Shown piece after piece: positions 37,675-47,737 of a stretch of 64,000 bases of DNA. The notes beneath the pieces were generated by a model. That model did no database searches and was not told where the DNA came from. It was given only the letters and a program-made list of their open reading frames with translations. A program made the position numbers and the translations under genes. Within the stretch, counting starts at the first letter, position 1. Every line of letters starts with the position of its first letter. The DNA comes from Eutreptiella sp. 'Long Island Sound 2002'. Its lineage: Eukaryota > Protista > Euglenida. The stretch is taken from positions 28,582,001 through 28,646,000 of the forward strand of contig OZ038378.1 in the NCBI GenBank assembly GCA_964036045.1, in the 5' to 3' direction.

Positions 37675-38452
37675 GGGGGCGTTGTCGCACGGTGCGCGCA
37701 CGGTGCGCGCACGGTGCGTGCACGGTGCGCGCACGGTCCAATGTTTTTGGGATGGTTGCCCAACTTGTACCCCGTTGAATGGCCCCCATAGAAACACACC
37801 CAGGGTCCTGATTTCTGCACCTTGCAGTCCATACTGGCATACCAGGATTCTTCAATTTTTAGTCTGATGCTTGTCACAGGTTCCAGGGTCCTATTTTCTG
37901 CACCCTGCAGCCCCTATTGGCGTACCGGGAATTTTTTTTGAATCTGATGCTTGTCACAGGTTCCAGGCTCCCAATTTCTGCACCTTGCACGCACCTCCGT
38001 AACAAACCATGCACAGGCGACAACACAGGCGACAACACTGGTTGGATTACGGGAATTTCAATTTCATCCGCCACAGAATCCACTTCAGGTAATTGGGGCT
38101 CCAGCAAAGCGTGCATCGGCGCCTCATGGTGCACAGGTTGGGGGGAATCGGGGCTCTCAGCAGTCACAATTGCAAACTCCAACCGCTCCTCGGGTGCATG
38201 CTCGTACAAGACCTCTTCACCACCCAATTCATACCAAATAGAGACGCGACGCCCACCTCTTGGAGAAGGGCCAATGACAGTGGCTGACACCCTATCCCCG
38301 TTGGAGCGGTGGTAGTACACAGGCAGTCCGGCGACAAGCCGGGGCAGCTCAGATTCAGGCATTGTGGATCTGGTAGACACAGAATACGCAAAAGGACGCA
38401 CGGTGCGTGCACGGTGCGCGCACGGTGCGCGCACGGTTCAGGCAACACCCCC
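37675..38452 (-). mobile_element. Complete 778-bp non-autonomous TIR element of the same family, in intron 2 of the PhyH gene
   Basis: CTT|GGGGGCGTTG ... CAACACCCCC|CTT with 3-bp TSD. Arrays of the 11-mer GCACGGTGCGC at about 37683-37733 and 38397-38436. Internal roughly 80-bp tandem repeat at about 37800-37990. Confidence 0.75.
37874..38362 (-). CDS. Transposon cargo ORF with the Tudor/SH3-like domain (162 aa; C-terminus runs into repeats and is probably truncated)
   Basis: VAGLPVYYHRSNGDRVSATVIGPS...VSIWYE...RLEFAI followed by an S/P/E-rich linker. Acceptor TTCTGTGTCTACCAG lies 7 nt before the ATG. Confidence 0.55.
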   Translation of the reverse strand: MPESELPRLVAGLPVYYHRSNGDRVSATVIGPSPRGGRRVSIWYELGGEEVLYEHAPEERLEFAIVTAESPDSPQPVHHEAPMHALLEPQLPEVDSVADEIEIPVIQPVLSPVLSPVHGLLRRCVQGAEIGSLEPVTSIRFKKNSRYANRGCRVQKIGPWNL

Positions 38453-38927
38453 CTTGAGTGAAAAGCCCCCCCCCAAAAAACTCCGGTGCCTTGAGGAGAA
38501 CTGAGGGGAGGGGGAGGGGGGAGGGGGGGGGGGGGGGGGCAACAAGATATATGTCAAGGTGGTATTTTTATGATGCGTTGGGCCCCAACAGCTTGTGTGA
38601 TGCGGCAGATGTACGACATCCCGCGATGCGTCGATGTACATTACATGTTCATATACACGCACACTGGTGTGCCGCATCCAGAGCCCTCAAGGATTAACAC
38701 CATCCATCCAGGGTACACTGTGCACCCGACCCCCGCGGTGCACAGTTTGTAGACACCGTGCACCCCGTTCCCGACTTGCAGCGCTGCACAGCCGCGTGCC
38801 TAATAGGCCTGAGCATGCAGTCGCACCCTCTGTACTTTTAACCCCCTGTATGCACCCTGTACCTACACACTCTGTACCGACACATCCGTACATGTCGGGA
38901 CATGTTAAGTGTAGGTGGAACGTCGTA

Positions 38928-39286
38928 CTCCCCCCCCTGGTATAAGCTACGGCAAAGCTGCAAATAAATACGGTCCCTACGCCTATTTTAGCTTGGACGA
39001 CGCCATAGACACCTAGGTTCAGAAAGAGAAGATTGCATGGTGAGCAAGTGCAAGAAAGTGGAATATAAGGCACAGATATCCCCAAAATCAGAGCTATGTG
39101 GGTTCGGGTGGGCAAACATCCACAACAAATGTGCCCATGACTCTATGTAGCTGGCAAATTTGGCACCCAACCCATGCCTTATGTGGCTGCACTACATTTG
39201 TACCAAATAAAATTAGGTACCAAATTAATACGGTCCCTGCACCCGCTGTAGCTTGGACAAGGGCGTGGCTTACACAAGGGGGGGGG
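38928..39286. mobile_element. 359-bp TA-flanked TIR element, an internal-deletion derivative of 45379-46132
   Basis: TA|CTCCCCCCCCTGGTATAAGCTACGGC ... GGCGTGGCTTACACAAG9|TA. Keeps the same leader and ATG region (MFAHPNPHSSD...TMQSSL in translation) but lacks the beta-barrel domain. Confidence 0.65.
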
Positions 39287-41603
39287 TACCCGACGCATTG
39301 AGCCCCAATGCCTTGTGTGACACCCCAACGCCTGGTGCGACACCCCGACGCATGGTACAATGCATTTCCGACGATACTCGGCAACAAGCAGCGCCAGAGA
39401 GGGAGGGGCAGTTGTGAAGGGGCACAGGGCAGAGGCAGAGACAGGCGGAGGCATGCACCGAGCGAGAGGGAGAGAGAGGGGGCAAGGGTTAAAGGGATGC
39501 GGGGAGGAGAGCCACAAGCCAGAGGGAGGGACAGGGCAGAGGGCAGAGGGCAGAGGGCCGGGGGCAGGAGGCAATTGTCGAGATTCACTGAGAGGGAGAG
39601 GGATAGATGAGAGAAGGGCCAATGGGCTTTGGGACCCCTCAGTGTTCCCCAGCCATACCCTCCACCCCTTGGGATACCCCAGGGATACGCTGCTGGCGTA
39701 TCCCTGGGCCCGGCGCCAGAGGGGCTACTGGGGACGTCCGGGGCCTGCTTTCCATCGGCGGAATCCCAGAGGAGGTCCGCCCCCCCAACCATCACACACA
39801 TACACGCACACACACACACACACACACACGATTGCAAGGCTAATGCGATGAAACGTTCCACCCTGGGTTTGCTCCATTGACCCTCGCCCTGGTGCAAGCA
39901 CTCGCTGTCTGGGCTCCGCGTCTAGTCACAACTGTCCGATCAGTCCATTGTCGCACACTCACTGTGCTACACTGATGTACCTTTGACGGTCTGGGTGGGT
40001 GGGTGGGTGGGGTCAGAGTGTTGTGATGGCAACACAGAGCGCAAAGCCCCCAAAAACAAAAAAGGACTGCATGGGGGCAGGTCACGCAGGTGGACAGTAC
40101 AGGTGGCTCAGGACACAACCGCGGGGCAAGGCTCGCTCACGCAAACCTGGTGTGGCGCCCCCCCCCCCCCCGCCATGACAGACTGCAGTTTGCTCCACTG
40201 ACCCTCACCCTGGCGCAAGCACTAGCTGTTTGGGCTCCACGTCTAGTCGTAAATGTTCGATCAGTCCATTGCAACACACGCACTGTGCTATATTGAAGTA
40301 CCTTTGACGGTCCGGGTGGGTGGGTGGGGTCAGAGTGCTGTGACGGCAACACAGAGCGCACAACCCCCAAAAACAAAAAAGGACTGCAAGGGGGTAGGTC
40401 ACACAGGTGGACAGGATAGGTGGCTCAGGACACAGCCGCGGGGCAAAGCTCGCTCACGCAAATCTGGTCTGGCAGCCCCCCCCCATGCCAGACTGCAGTT
40501 TGCTCCACTGACCCTCACCCTTGCGCAAGCACTAGGTGTTTGGGCTCCACGTCTAGTCGTAACTGTTCGATCAGTCCATCACAGCGCACTCACTGTGCAA
40601 AACGCCGGCACGCGGATGTGTGCCCCCCTTCACTGTCGGCAGCGTGCGCGTCCCTCTGGAGGACGCGCCCCGCAACTCCCCGCACCCCACCCGTGGACCT
40701 CGAGGAATAGACACTGGCGTTGTCAAGGACGCTCTGGGATGTCCCACAGCAGACGGAAAAGGGTACTGCTAGGCGAGGACTCTGCCCACCCTGCGGCCTG
40801 CAGGCTCGCTACGAAAGAAAAGAAAGGAGCACAATCAACACCTAACTAAACATACATGGCAAAACAAAAAACATACAAGGGCGGGTCGGCGGCTGGCAGG
40901 TGGCCTCATCGCAGCAGGGGCCAAGGGAAGGCTAGCATCGGGCTCAGTCGTGGCGTGTTGCAGAACTGGAGCCACTTGACAAGCATGCACCCGCTGTAGC
41001 TTGGACAAGGGCGTGGCTTACACAAGGGGGGGGGGTACCCGACGCATTGAGCCCCGATGCCTTGTGTGACACCCCAACGCCTGGTGCGACACCCCGACGC
41101 ATGGTACAATGCATTTCCGACGATACTCGGCAACAAGCAGCGCCAGAGAGGGAGGGGCAGTTGTGAAGGGGCACAGGGCAGAGGCAGAGACCGGCGGAGG
41201 CATGCACCGAGCGAGAGGGAGAGAGAGGGGGCAAGGGTTAAAGGGATGCGGGGAGGAGAGCCACAGGCCAGAGGGAGGGACAGGGCAGAGGGCAGAGGGC
41301 AGAGGGCCGGGGGCAGGAGGCAATTGTCGAGATTCACTGAGAGGGAGAGGGATAGATGAGAGAAGGGCCAATGGGCTTTGGGACCCCTCAGTGTTCCCCA
41401 GCCATACCCTCCACCCCTTGAGGGAGGGTACGCTGCTGGCGTATCCCTGGGCCCGGCGCCAGAGGGGCTACTGGGGACGTCCGGGGCCTGCTTTCCATCG
41501 GCGGAATCCCAGAGGAGGTCCGCCCCTCCCCAACCATCACACACATACACACACACACACGATTGCTACGGAGGGCCAATGCGATGAAACCTTCCACCCT
41601 GGG
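39237..41603. repeat. Direct duplication of about 620 bp (39237-39865 and 40986-41603) bracketing the 315-bp tandem
   Basis: Near-identical sequence from TGCACCCGCTGTAGC to ACCCTGGGT, including (AGAGGGC)3 and a (CA)n tract. Confidence 0.9.
39871..40597. repeat. Roughly 315-bp tandem repeat, about 2.3 copies
   Basis: GCTCCA(T/C)TGACCCTC at about 39871, 40192 and 40502. Confidence 0.85.
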
Positions 41604-42411
41604 TCTGGATGGCTGGGGGGGTGCAGGGTTTGAGGTTGATGCCAACGACGCTGGCTGGCAGACCTGCTGCACCTCATTGAGCAGACCAGACGCTAGCCCT
41701 GGGTGCTAGCCACAAGCTACATGGCCTTGATGCCCAAGGAGGCGTGCGCGCACACACACACACACACTCAAGAGGAGGATGGCCTCCCTAACGTAGACCC
41801 ACATGTGGACCCAGGGTAGGGGAACGGGATGGGCATCGCCAGAGGCAGCCCCATCTTGATCATGTGTCGCGTATCATTTTGAACTCTCCACCGCCGCTCT
41901 TGCGTACCATACCATACCTTGGCAAGGGCCTGCAATGAGGTCCGGTGGCAAATTCGCTGCCATAACGGCTGATCTGGCTCCCCATACACGCCCGAGAGTA
42001 CCGACTGTAGCGTTGTGCCCTGCTCAATGTGTAGATGTCTTGAGTACATCCCCCCCTCCATGCAATGCCACGGGACGGGATGGGTGTGTGTTGAGGTTGG
42101 GCGTCTGAAAAAACGGCAGCAGAAACAAATTAATCCCCCACAACAACATATGCCTCAAAGTGACCAGCACAACACATTTGATCAATATGAGGTGCACATG
42201 GTTGGGGTGGAAAAATGTTCCTTCCGGGGCCGTTGGCACCGATTTTCGAGCCAACACACATCCATCCTGCCCCCCCCCCCCCCCACCTCCCGCATCTGTA
42301 AAAGGGCTCGCTCCCGTAAAGGGCTGGGATGGGATGCCCCTCCTCCCCCCATAATAAGATGAAGGCTCCCCAGAGGCACAGGCAGGGGCAGAGGTGATGC
42401 TGCCCACAGAC

Positions 42412-42693
42412 CTGGCCACGGTGCAGCGTCGTGGACTGCATCAGGACGGCAGAGCCGGCGGCTGCAGTCACTTGCAGGCCCTTCTTCTTCGCGACACAGG
42501 GCTGCTTCACGGTGCACGTGTGGGTGCCTGGGCAGACCTCCAGTGGGCCCATCCCCGCGTCCGTGTCCTGCAGCGGGACAAACACCGTGATCAGCTGCGT
42601 GGCGCCCGGTGTCAGGATCGAGTCTGGGTGCCACTGCTGCTTCTCGGCCCCAGGGGCCACAGAGATGCTTGCCAGCTCCACCAGCAGGGCATG
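42412..42693 (-). CDS. PhyH-family dioxygenase, exon 2 (catalytic core)
   Basis: Acceptor CTGCTCTGCAG|CAT. Contains QQWHPD (HxD), VFVPLQD, GPLEVCPGTH and GSAVLM..TLHRG (distal His). Donor CAG|GTCTGT at 42411. Confidence 0.9.
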
Positions 42694-43281
42694 CTGCAGA
42701 GCAGAGCAGACGGGCGTGACAGTCGCAGCCCCACCTCCTGCAAGCGAGGCTGTCTGAATGCTTCACGCATTGGTCATCAGTGGCACTGGCAGCACCACAC
42801 GTGCCCCCCTAATCAATGTCAAAATTACTGGGGGGACCTAAGCGCCGGGTGGTTGAAGGGGCTCCCACTTGTTTAGTACCACACGCTGCAACATACATTC
42901 ACGTCTCCGTCCTCCGGAGCCACCCTCATCTTTTGTCCATGTATTTGAGGTTGCATGAGGGGGGGGATTGAGACAGTTTCGGGACTTTATGGCGGCGGAA
43001 GGCATTCCGGCACGGCATTGACTTGTGGTGTGTTCGAAAACGGCTGAAATTCCGCACTGCCCGTGCACGGCGCACGCAGCGCTTCTATGCTCTCCACCAC
43101 TGATGATGTGGGGATTGTAACACAGGGACGGGGTTCCAGGTCACCAAGTGTTGTGGTTGCTGTCGTTGGGGGGGGTGCCGCAAGTGGCTTTGAGTACGAA
43201 AAATGGACAGACGTAGCAAGAAGCGGCAGACAAATTCAGGGGCAACGGCACACGACAGCGCATGGCCACAGAGGGGCAGAC

Positions 43282-43731
43282 CGGGCCAAGCAGCTCCTCC
43301 AGAGGCTTCTGCAGCACCCGCACCAAGTGCACGAGCGGCTGCTCCACTTCATCGACGGCGAAGACCGTGTGGTTACGGTTTGCAGGTTCATTGATGGTGC
43401 AAGAGTCCAGCCACCGCTGCAGAGGGGATCGTGCGCCCCTGGCCCCCTGCCGTTCACGCAGCGCCCTCCGCAGGGACGCAGCCATGTCCCGAGGCAGGGC
43501 CCCCTCCACCACCGCCACCCCATGGTCCCGCATGCTCTGCACAACGCGCCGTGTGCCTGGGCCCAGGGCCTCTTCCTCCTCCTCCTCCACAGTGGGCGTG
43601 TAGGTCACAGTGTTGAGGTCAGGGAGGGGGCGCTCGGGGCACGCAACTTCGAGGACTGCAGGCGGCTGGAGAAGCGAGTACAGGGCCAAGACACACAGGC
43701 CCAGCACCGGTAGCAGGACCGTGCGAGACAT
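43282..43731 (-). CDS. PhyH-family 2OG-Fe(II) dioxygenase with N-terminal signal/anchor, exon 1 of 3
   Basis: ATG at 43731, downstream of a pyrimidine-AG (TCTGCTTCTTTTAG). Hydrophobic N-terminus VLLPVLGLCVLALYSLL, then the PhyH-like start DHGVAVVEGALP and EELLGP. Donor CCG|GTCTGC at 43281. Confidence 0.8.
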
Positions 43732-44829
43732 TACAGTGCGCTGCTGCGGAAACGGCACGGGAACGCTGCAATCTAAAAGAAGCAGAGCGGTAGTGCAAGC
43801 ACCTCTATGCATGCGTTCACCTTTGAGGTGATCTGTTGCCACAGTAGCACCAAACCGCCCCCTTGGAACAATCCCCCCAGAACGCCCGACAGTGTCCAGC
43901 GGGAACTGTCACCAAAATAACAACGCCCCCGCCAACACACACCCGGGGGAGGTAGGGGGAATATGCGCTGGGACGCAAACCTGACCTTTCCACCACAATT
44001 CCATTGTAACTCGAGGAAAATTGGTCTTTGGCGCCGGGAACTTTTGGGGCAAGAGACGGTGTCCGTCCCCCTCCACCAAGGGGGGGGGGGGGGGGGCTGT
44101 GCAAGACTGTTCAAGGGGGCGTCAGGGTACACAGAGTATGATCAACAGACCACTCAAATTCATAGGTGCATCCACCTGTACAAAAAGCAGAGAATGCTGT
44201 AACGGAATTTCTCAGCGATAGGCACACAATCAACGGGAAGTCCACGAAAGTTGACTTTGCTAAATTTTCTGATTGTTCTTAAGTCCCCCTGATTTTGCCC
44301 AATGTTCACCAGGGCATTGCACACTCAGCATCACTTTTCACACTGCATACTGAGCATTGCTGTAGGGCTCCCAGGCCCGATAGCCACTGATTGTGCGGCG
44401 GCCAGGCCCACCCACCACTTTCCTTGTCCAGCCTTGTCTAAGCACACAATCCCTGCCTGATCGTTCTGTTCCCTGACCTTGGCCCTGCTTGCAGCGGGGA
44501 GAGACTTCACCCTACAGCAGGCGTGAACAGTGTCACGGTACACCGGTGGCATGGCATTGTTGGCCTGTTTGCACCTGTGTGAGCACTTGGGCTTCCTGTA
44601 TCAGTGGTGCATGCCATGCAGTGCGGAAATTGCCGTTGTCCCAGCTACACAAGGCTAGGGACCATATGGTGTTGGCAGTTGGCTGCAGCCTGGGCAGCAC
44701 ATCAAGTGCAGCAGAGCAGTGGAAATGCCCAGAACTGCAACCTGTGTGATGTAAAGGGGGCAAAGAGCTGTACGTAAAAAAGCTGTCAGGGAAGGGTTTG
44801 CACCGTTAAACATATAACTCGTGTACAAA

Positions 44830-45300
44830 AAAATTATCTGTGTGTATAATGTTTTTTTGTGGCAAGGTTGCGTAATGTTTTTTCCACTAAAGTCGGGTTG
44901 TTTTCTTTTTGCAGTGTAATGTCATGTAATGTAAGACGTGTAATGTCAACCAAAATTCGGAGCACTTCAAAAAAAAATTGTCGGTGCACATAATTTGTTT
45001 TGTGGTAAGGTTCTGTAATTTTTTTCGTGCTGCAAAGCCGAGAAATTTTTTTCCAGAATAATGCCTCTTTTGCAATATGTACAATTGCTGGTTCGGTACG
45101 GCACCCCATAGCGACCTTAACGATGGGACTCTGAGTCCACAAAGCACAAAGTACTCTGTGTGGCCACCAATTCATTGGGACTTGGCCAATATAAGAATAT
45201 GGAGGTCTGACGGAGGAAAACGTGGAGGTAGGACACGACCATCTGTGGTGGAGTAACACAAACCTGCAAGCTACCAAAGAGAAATAGGTTGCTTACACAC
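44830..45300 (-). mobile_element. 3' end fragment of the Ulp1-element family, copy 4
   Basis: GCAATATGTACAATTGC(T/C)GGTTCGGTACGGCAC...GAGTCCACAAAGCAC aligns with about 13925-14010 and 28455-28535. Confidence 0.6.
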
Positions 45301-45357
45301 TACACCAGAAAGGGGCAGCTTACACGGCCACAAGCAGTGGCGCATAAAAAAGCATGT

Positions 45358-45879
45358 TTATAGACACCACCTTTGGTACCCCCCCCCTTTGTAATAGCTA
45401 CGCCAAAGTATGGAATTAATATGGTCCCTACGCCTATTGTAGCTATTACAAAGGCGTAGCTTGCACACGACACATACAACTACCGACATACACGTGAGAG
45501 AATGCATGGTATGAGTGCACCTTAACCTCCGCCCATGTTCCCAAAGGCATACAAACACAAGAAAGTGTTTGAGACATGTGGTGTGCCTTGGCTTGGGACA
45601 TGGTTGGGCCACCACCTCTGGTTCATGAAGAACTTCAGGAACGGGGGAAGGTGGCGACGGTGACCTTGGCTCCGGGGATGGGGACGGTGATCGGATAAAG
45701 AACTCGATTTTTGAAAAGGGGGCACAGGGGTGTGTGACCACCTGCCCACCCTTCATGTACTCCAACACCGCAAACAGGTCCCCCTTCTCCGATGGCCCCT
45801 TCATTGTGGCATCCACACGCTCACCGGTGGAACGTGTGAAAATCACTGGACGCCCACGTTGAAAAAGAGAAGATTGCAT
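45358..45879 (-). CDS. Transposon cargo ORF with the Tudor/SH3-like domain and an SP-rich linker (true 3' end uncertain; the frame reads through the TIR)
   Basis: MQSSLFQRGRPVIFTRSTGERVDATMKGPS...AVLEY...KIEFFIRSPSPSPEP. Acceptor CCCCCTTTCTTGCACCAG lies 6 nt before the ATG. Confidence 0.55.
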   Translation of the reverse strand: MQSSLFQRGRPVIFTRSTGERVDATMKGPSEKGDLFAVLEYMKGGQVVTHPCAPFSKIEFFIRSPSPSPEPRSPSPPSPVPEVLHEPEVVAQPCPKPRHTTCLKHFLVFVCLWEHGRRLRCTHTMHSLTCMSVVVCVVCKLRLCNSYNRRRDHINSILWRSYYKGGGYQRWCL

Positions 45880-46132
45880 GGTGAGCTGGTGCAAGAAAGG
45901 GGGATATAGTACACAAATATCCGCCAAATCAGAGCTATGTGGGTTCAAGTGGGCAAACACTCACAACAAATGTGTCCATGACCCTATGTAGCTGGCAAAT
46001 TTGTCACCAAACCCATGTGTTATGCGGCTGCACTACATTTGTACCGAATTAAAATTAGGTACCAAATTAATACGGTCCCTACGCCTACTATAGCTATTAC
46101 AAGGGCGTAGCTATTACAAGGGGGGGGGGGGG
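45379..46132 (-). mobile_element. 754-bp TIR element with TA TSD (Tc1/mariner/pogo-like, non-autonomous) carrying the Tudor/SH3-like ORF
   Basis: TA|C9-TTTGTAATAGCTACGCC ... GGCGTAGCTATTACAA-G13|TA. Confidence 0.7.
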
Positions 46133-47143
46133 TACACCAAATAGGCGGAGGAAATATACGAACACAAAAAGCCTACAAAACTGCACCCAAGGCCTTCTTT
46201 CCCTTCCCCATCTTTCCTTGCGGCAACTCTCCGCTAGAGGCGAGTGGAGGGGCCAGAAGAGGAGCCGGAACGTGATGTGTATGTTGTAAGTCAAGTAATG
46301 TAACACAACTTATAACATACACATTCACATTACGCCTAGCGCCATGCCCATGTTTGTGAAGCACTTCTCCTGGGTTCCCTGTCCTAGCCCAGCAATGCTC
46401 GAAGATGGGGCATTTGATCGCTCTAATTAGTGGTCTCGTTTCATCATTTTTGTGGTTTTGGCCTGTGGCCGAAGGCGAAGTTGTTGGGCTGCCAGGGGTT
46501 TTTGCACCGTGAGTGGACCACGCGGCCGGTACCCTGAGCGCTCCCAACCACACTTGCGATCTGACCCGGAACACCACCCAGATTCCACAGCACATGGGTC
46601 CGGGGGATTACATAGCACATGGGGTTACACTTGATATGGTGCGTGAACCAGTGCTCGCATGAAGAACTGCTTGCAATCCAGTGGTCTGTCAGCGTCAAGG
46701 CTGAGGCTTGTCCATATGGCTAACCTGACTCACTGCATGGGCCATTCCTCCACAAGCCCAGCGAGGGGACGACCCCTCCGTCTTAGACGCGACGCTCCCA
46801 GTCCTACTACTGCTCAGCAGAGGTGAAAGCACAAGATACCACCAGATGGTCAGCTCCTCTGGCGGATCCATGGGACAGGTGCAATCGAAAGCCCAGTCAT
46901 AGTAGCTCCAGCACTGCCCAGGGTGTTCTGGTGCTGTGCATATCCAATGATCCCAATGGTGCGTGCAACTGAGGGGGAGGGGGGGGAGGCGTCAATTGTG
47001 CTATCAGTGGATGTGGCGGCTCACGATTGTGGTGTTCTTCTCTGGCTAAGTGTTTGCACTGCGTGTGCACTGCGTGCGCACTGCGTGCATATTGCGCACG
47101 CAGAGGCTAGGATACTCACCCAAGAATACCCGTCACCTGTTTA

Positions 47144-47737
47144 CTAGAGGGAAGACTTAAAGGCGTCAATACCATAGGGTTGGCTAGGTGTCCATCGATA
47201 CTTCTGGTTGTAGTTATAACCAACAGCATCGTCGAAGAAGAACTGTCCGGTCTTGGTGTCGACTCGCCACCATCGAGTATCGGCGATCGAGAGCCTTCGA
47301 GCGACGATGACCACGTTGACTCATCTGCAGTTGTGGACGTGGCCATACCGATCGATGATCTTGAGCATCTCGGTTTGAGAATCACATTGAAGTCGACCAA
47401 GGTTTTGGTGCACGTACTATCTGTCGGGAAGAGTACTCTGCAGGGCGAATTGAACCGCCTCTACGGATACGAGGCTCGCTGCAGTGTCGGCAATGACGAC
47501 GTCGAGATCCGGGCCGTGTTGACTGTGTACACTTTGTCGATGGGCCTCTTCTAGGGGGAAATGGTTGACAATTCAAATATGCCACATCCTAAATGCTTGG
47601 GAAGCCAAAAAAACCTTGGTACGGAACCAAAAACTTGTGAAAAGGGGCCAAAACTAGGGTTCGAGTATTTGCCGACATCCAAAACTTCGCACTGCGTGCG
47701 CACTGTGTGTGCACTGCGTGCATGACATTCCCTCTAG
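47144..47737 (-). mobile_element. 594-bp segment bounded by the inverted 10-mer CTAGAGGGAA/TTCCCTCTAG, containing a decayed coding fragment
   Basis: Perfect inverted 10-mers at 47144-47153 and 47728-47737. An 11-bp GCACTGCGTGC array lies just inside the right end. The minus-strand frame covers about 136 codons with two internal stops. Confidence 0.45.

Noticed and set aside
45862-45882. AGAGAAGATTGCATGG (also at about 39026) resembles the U6 snRNA core ACAGAGAAGATTAGCATGG
   Set aside because: The flanks do not match U6 (no CCCCTGCGCAAGG). It is simply the antisense of the cargo ORF start (CCATGCAATCTTCTCT).
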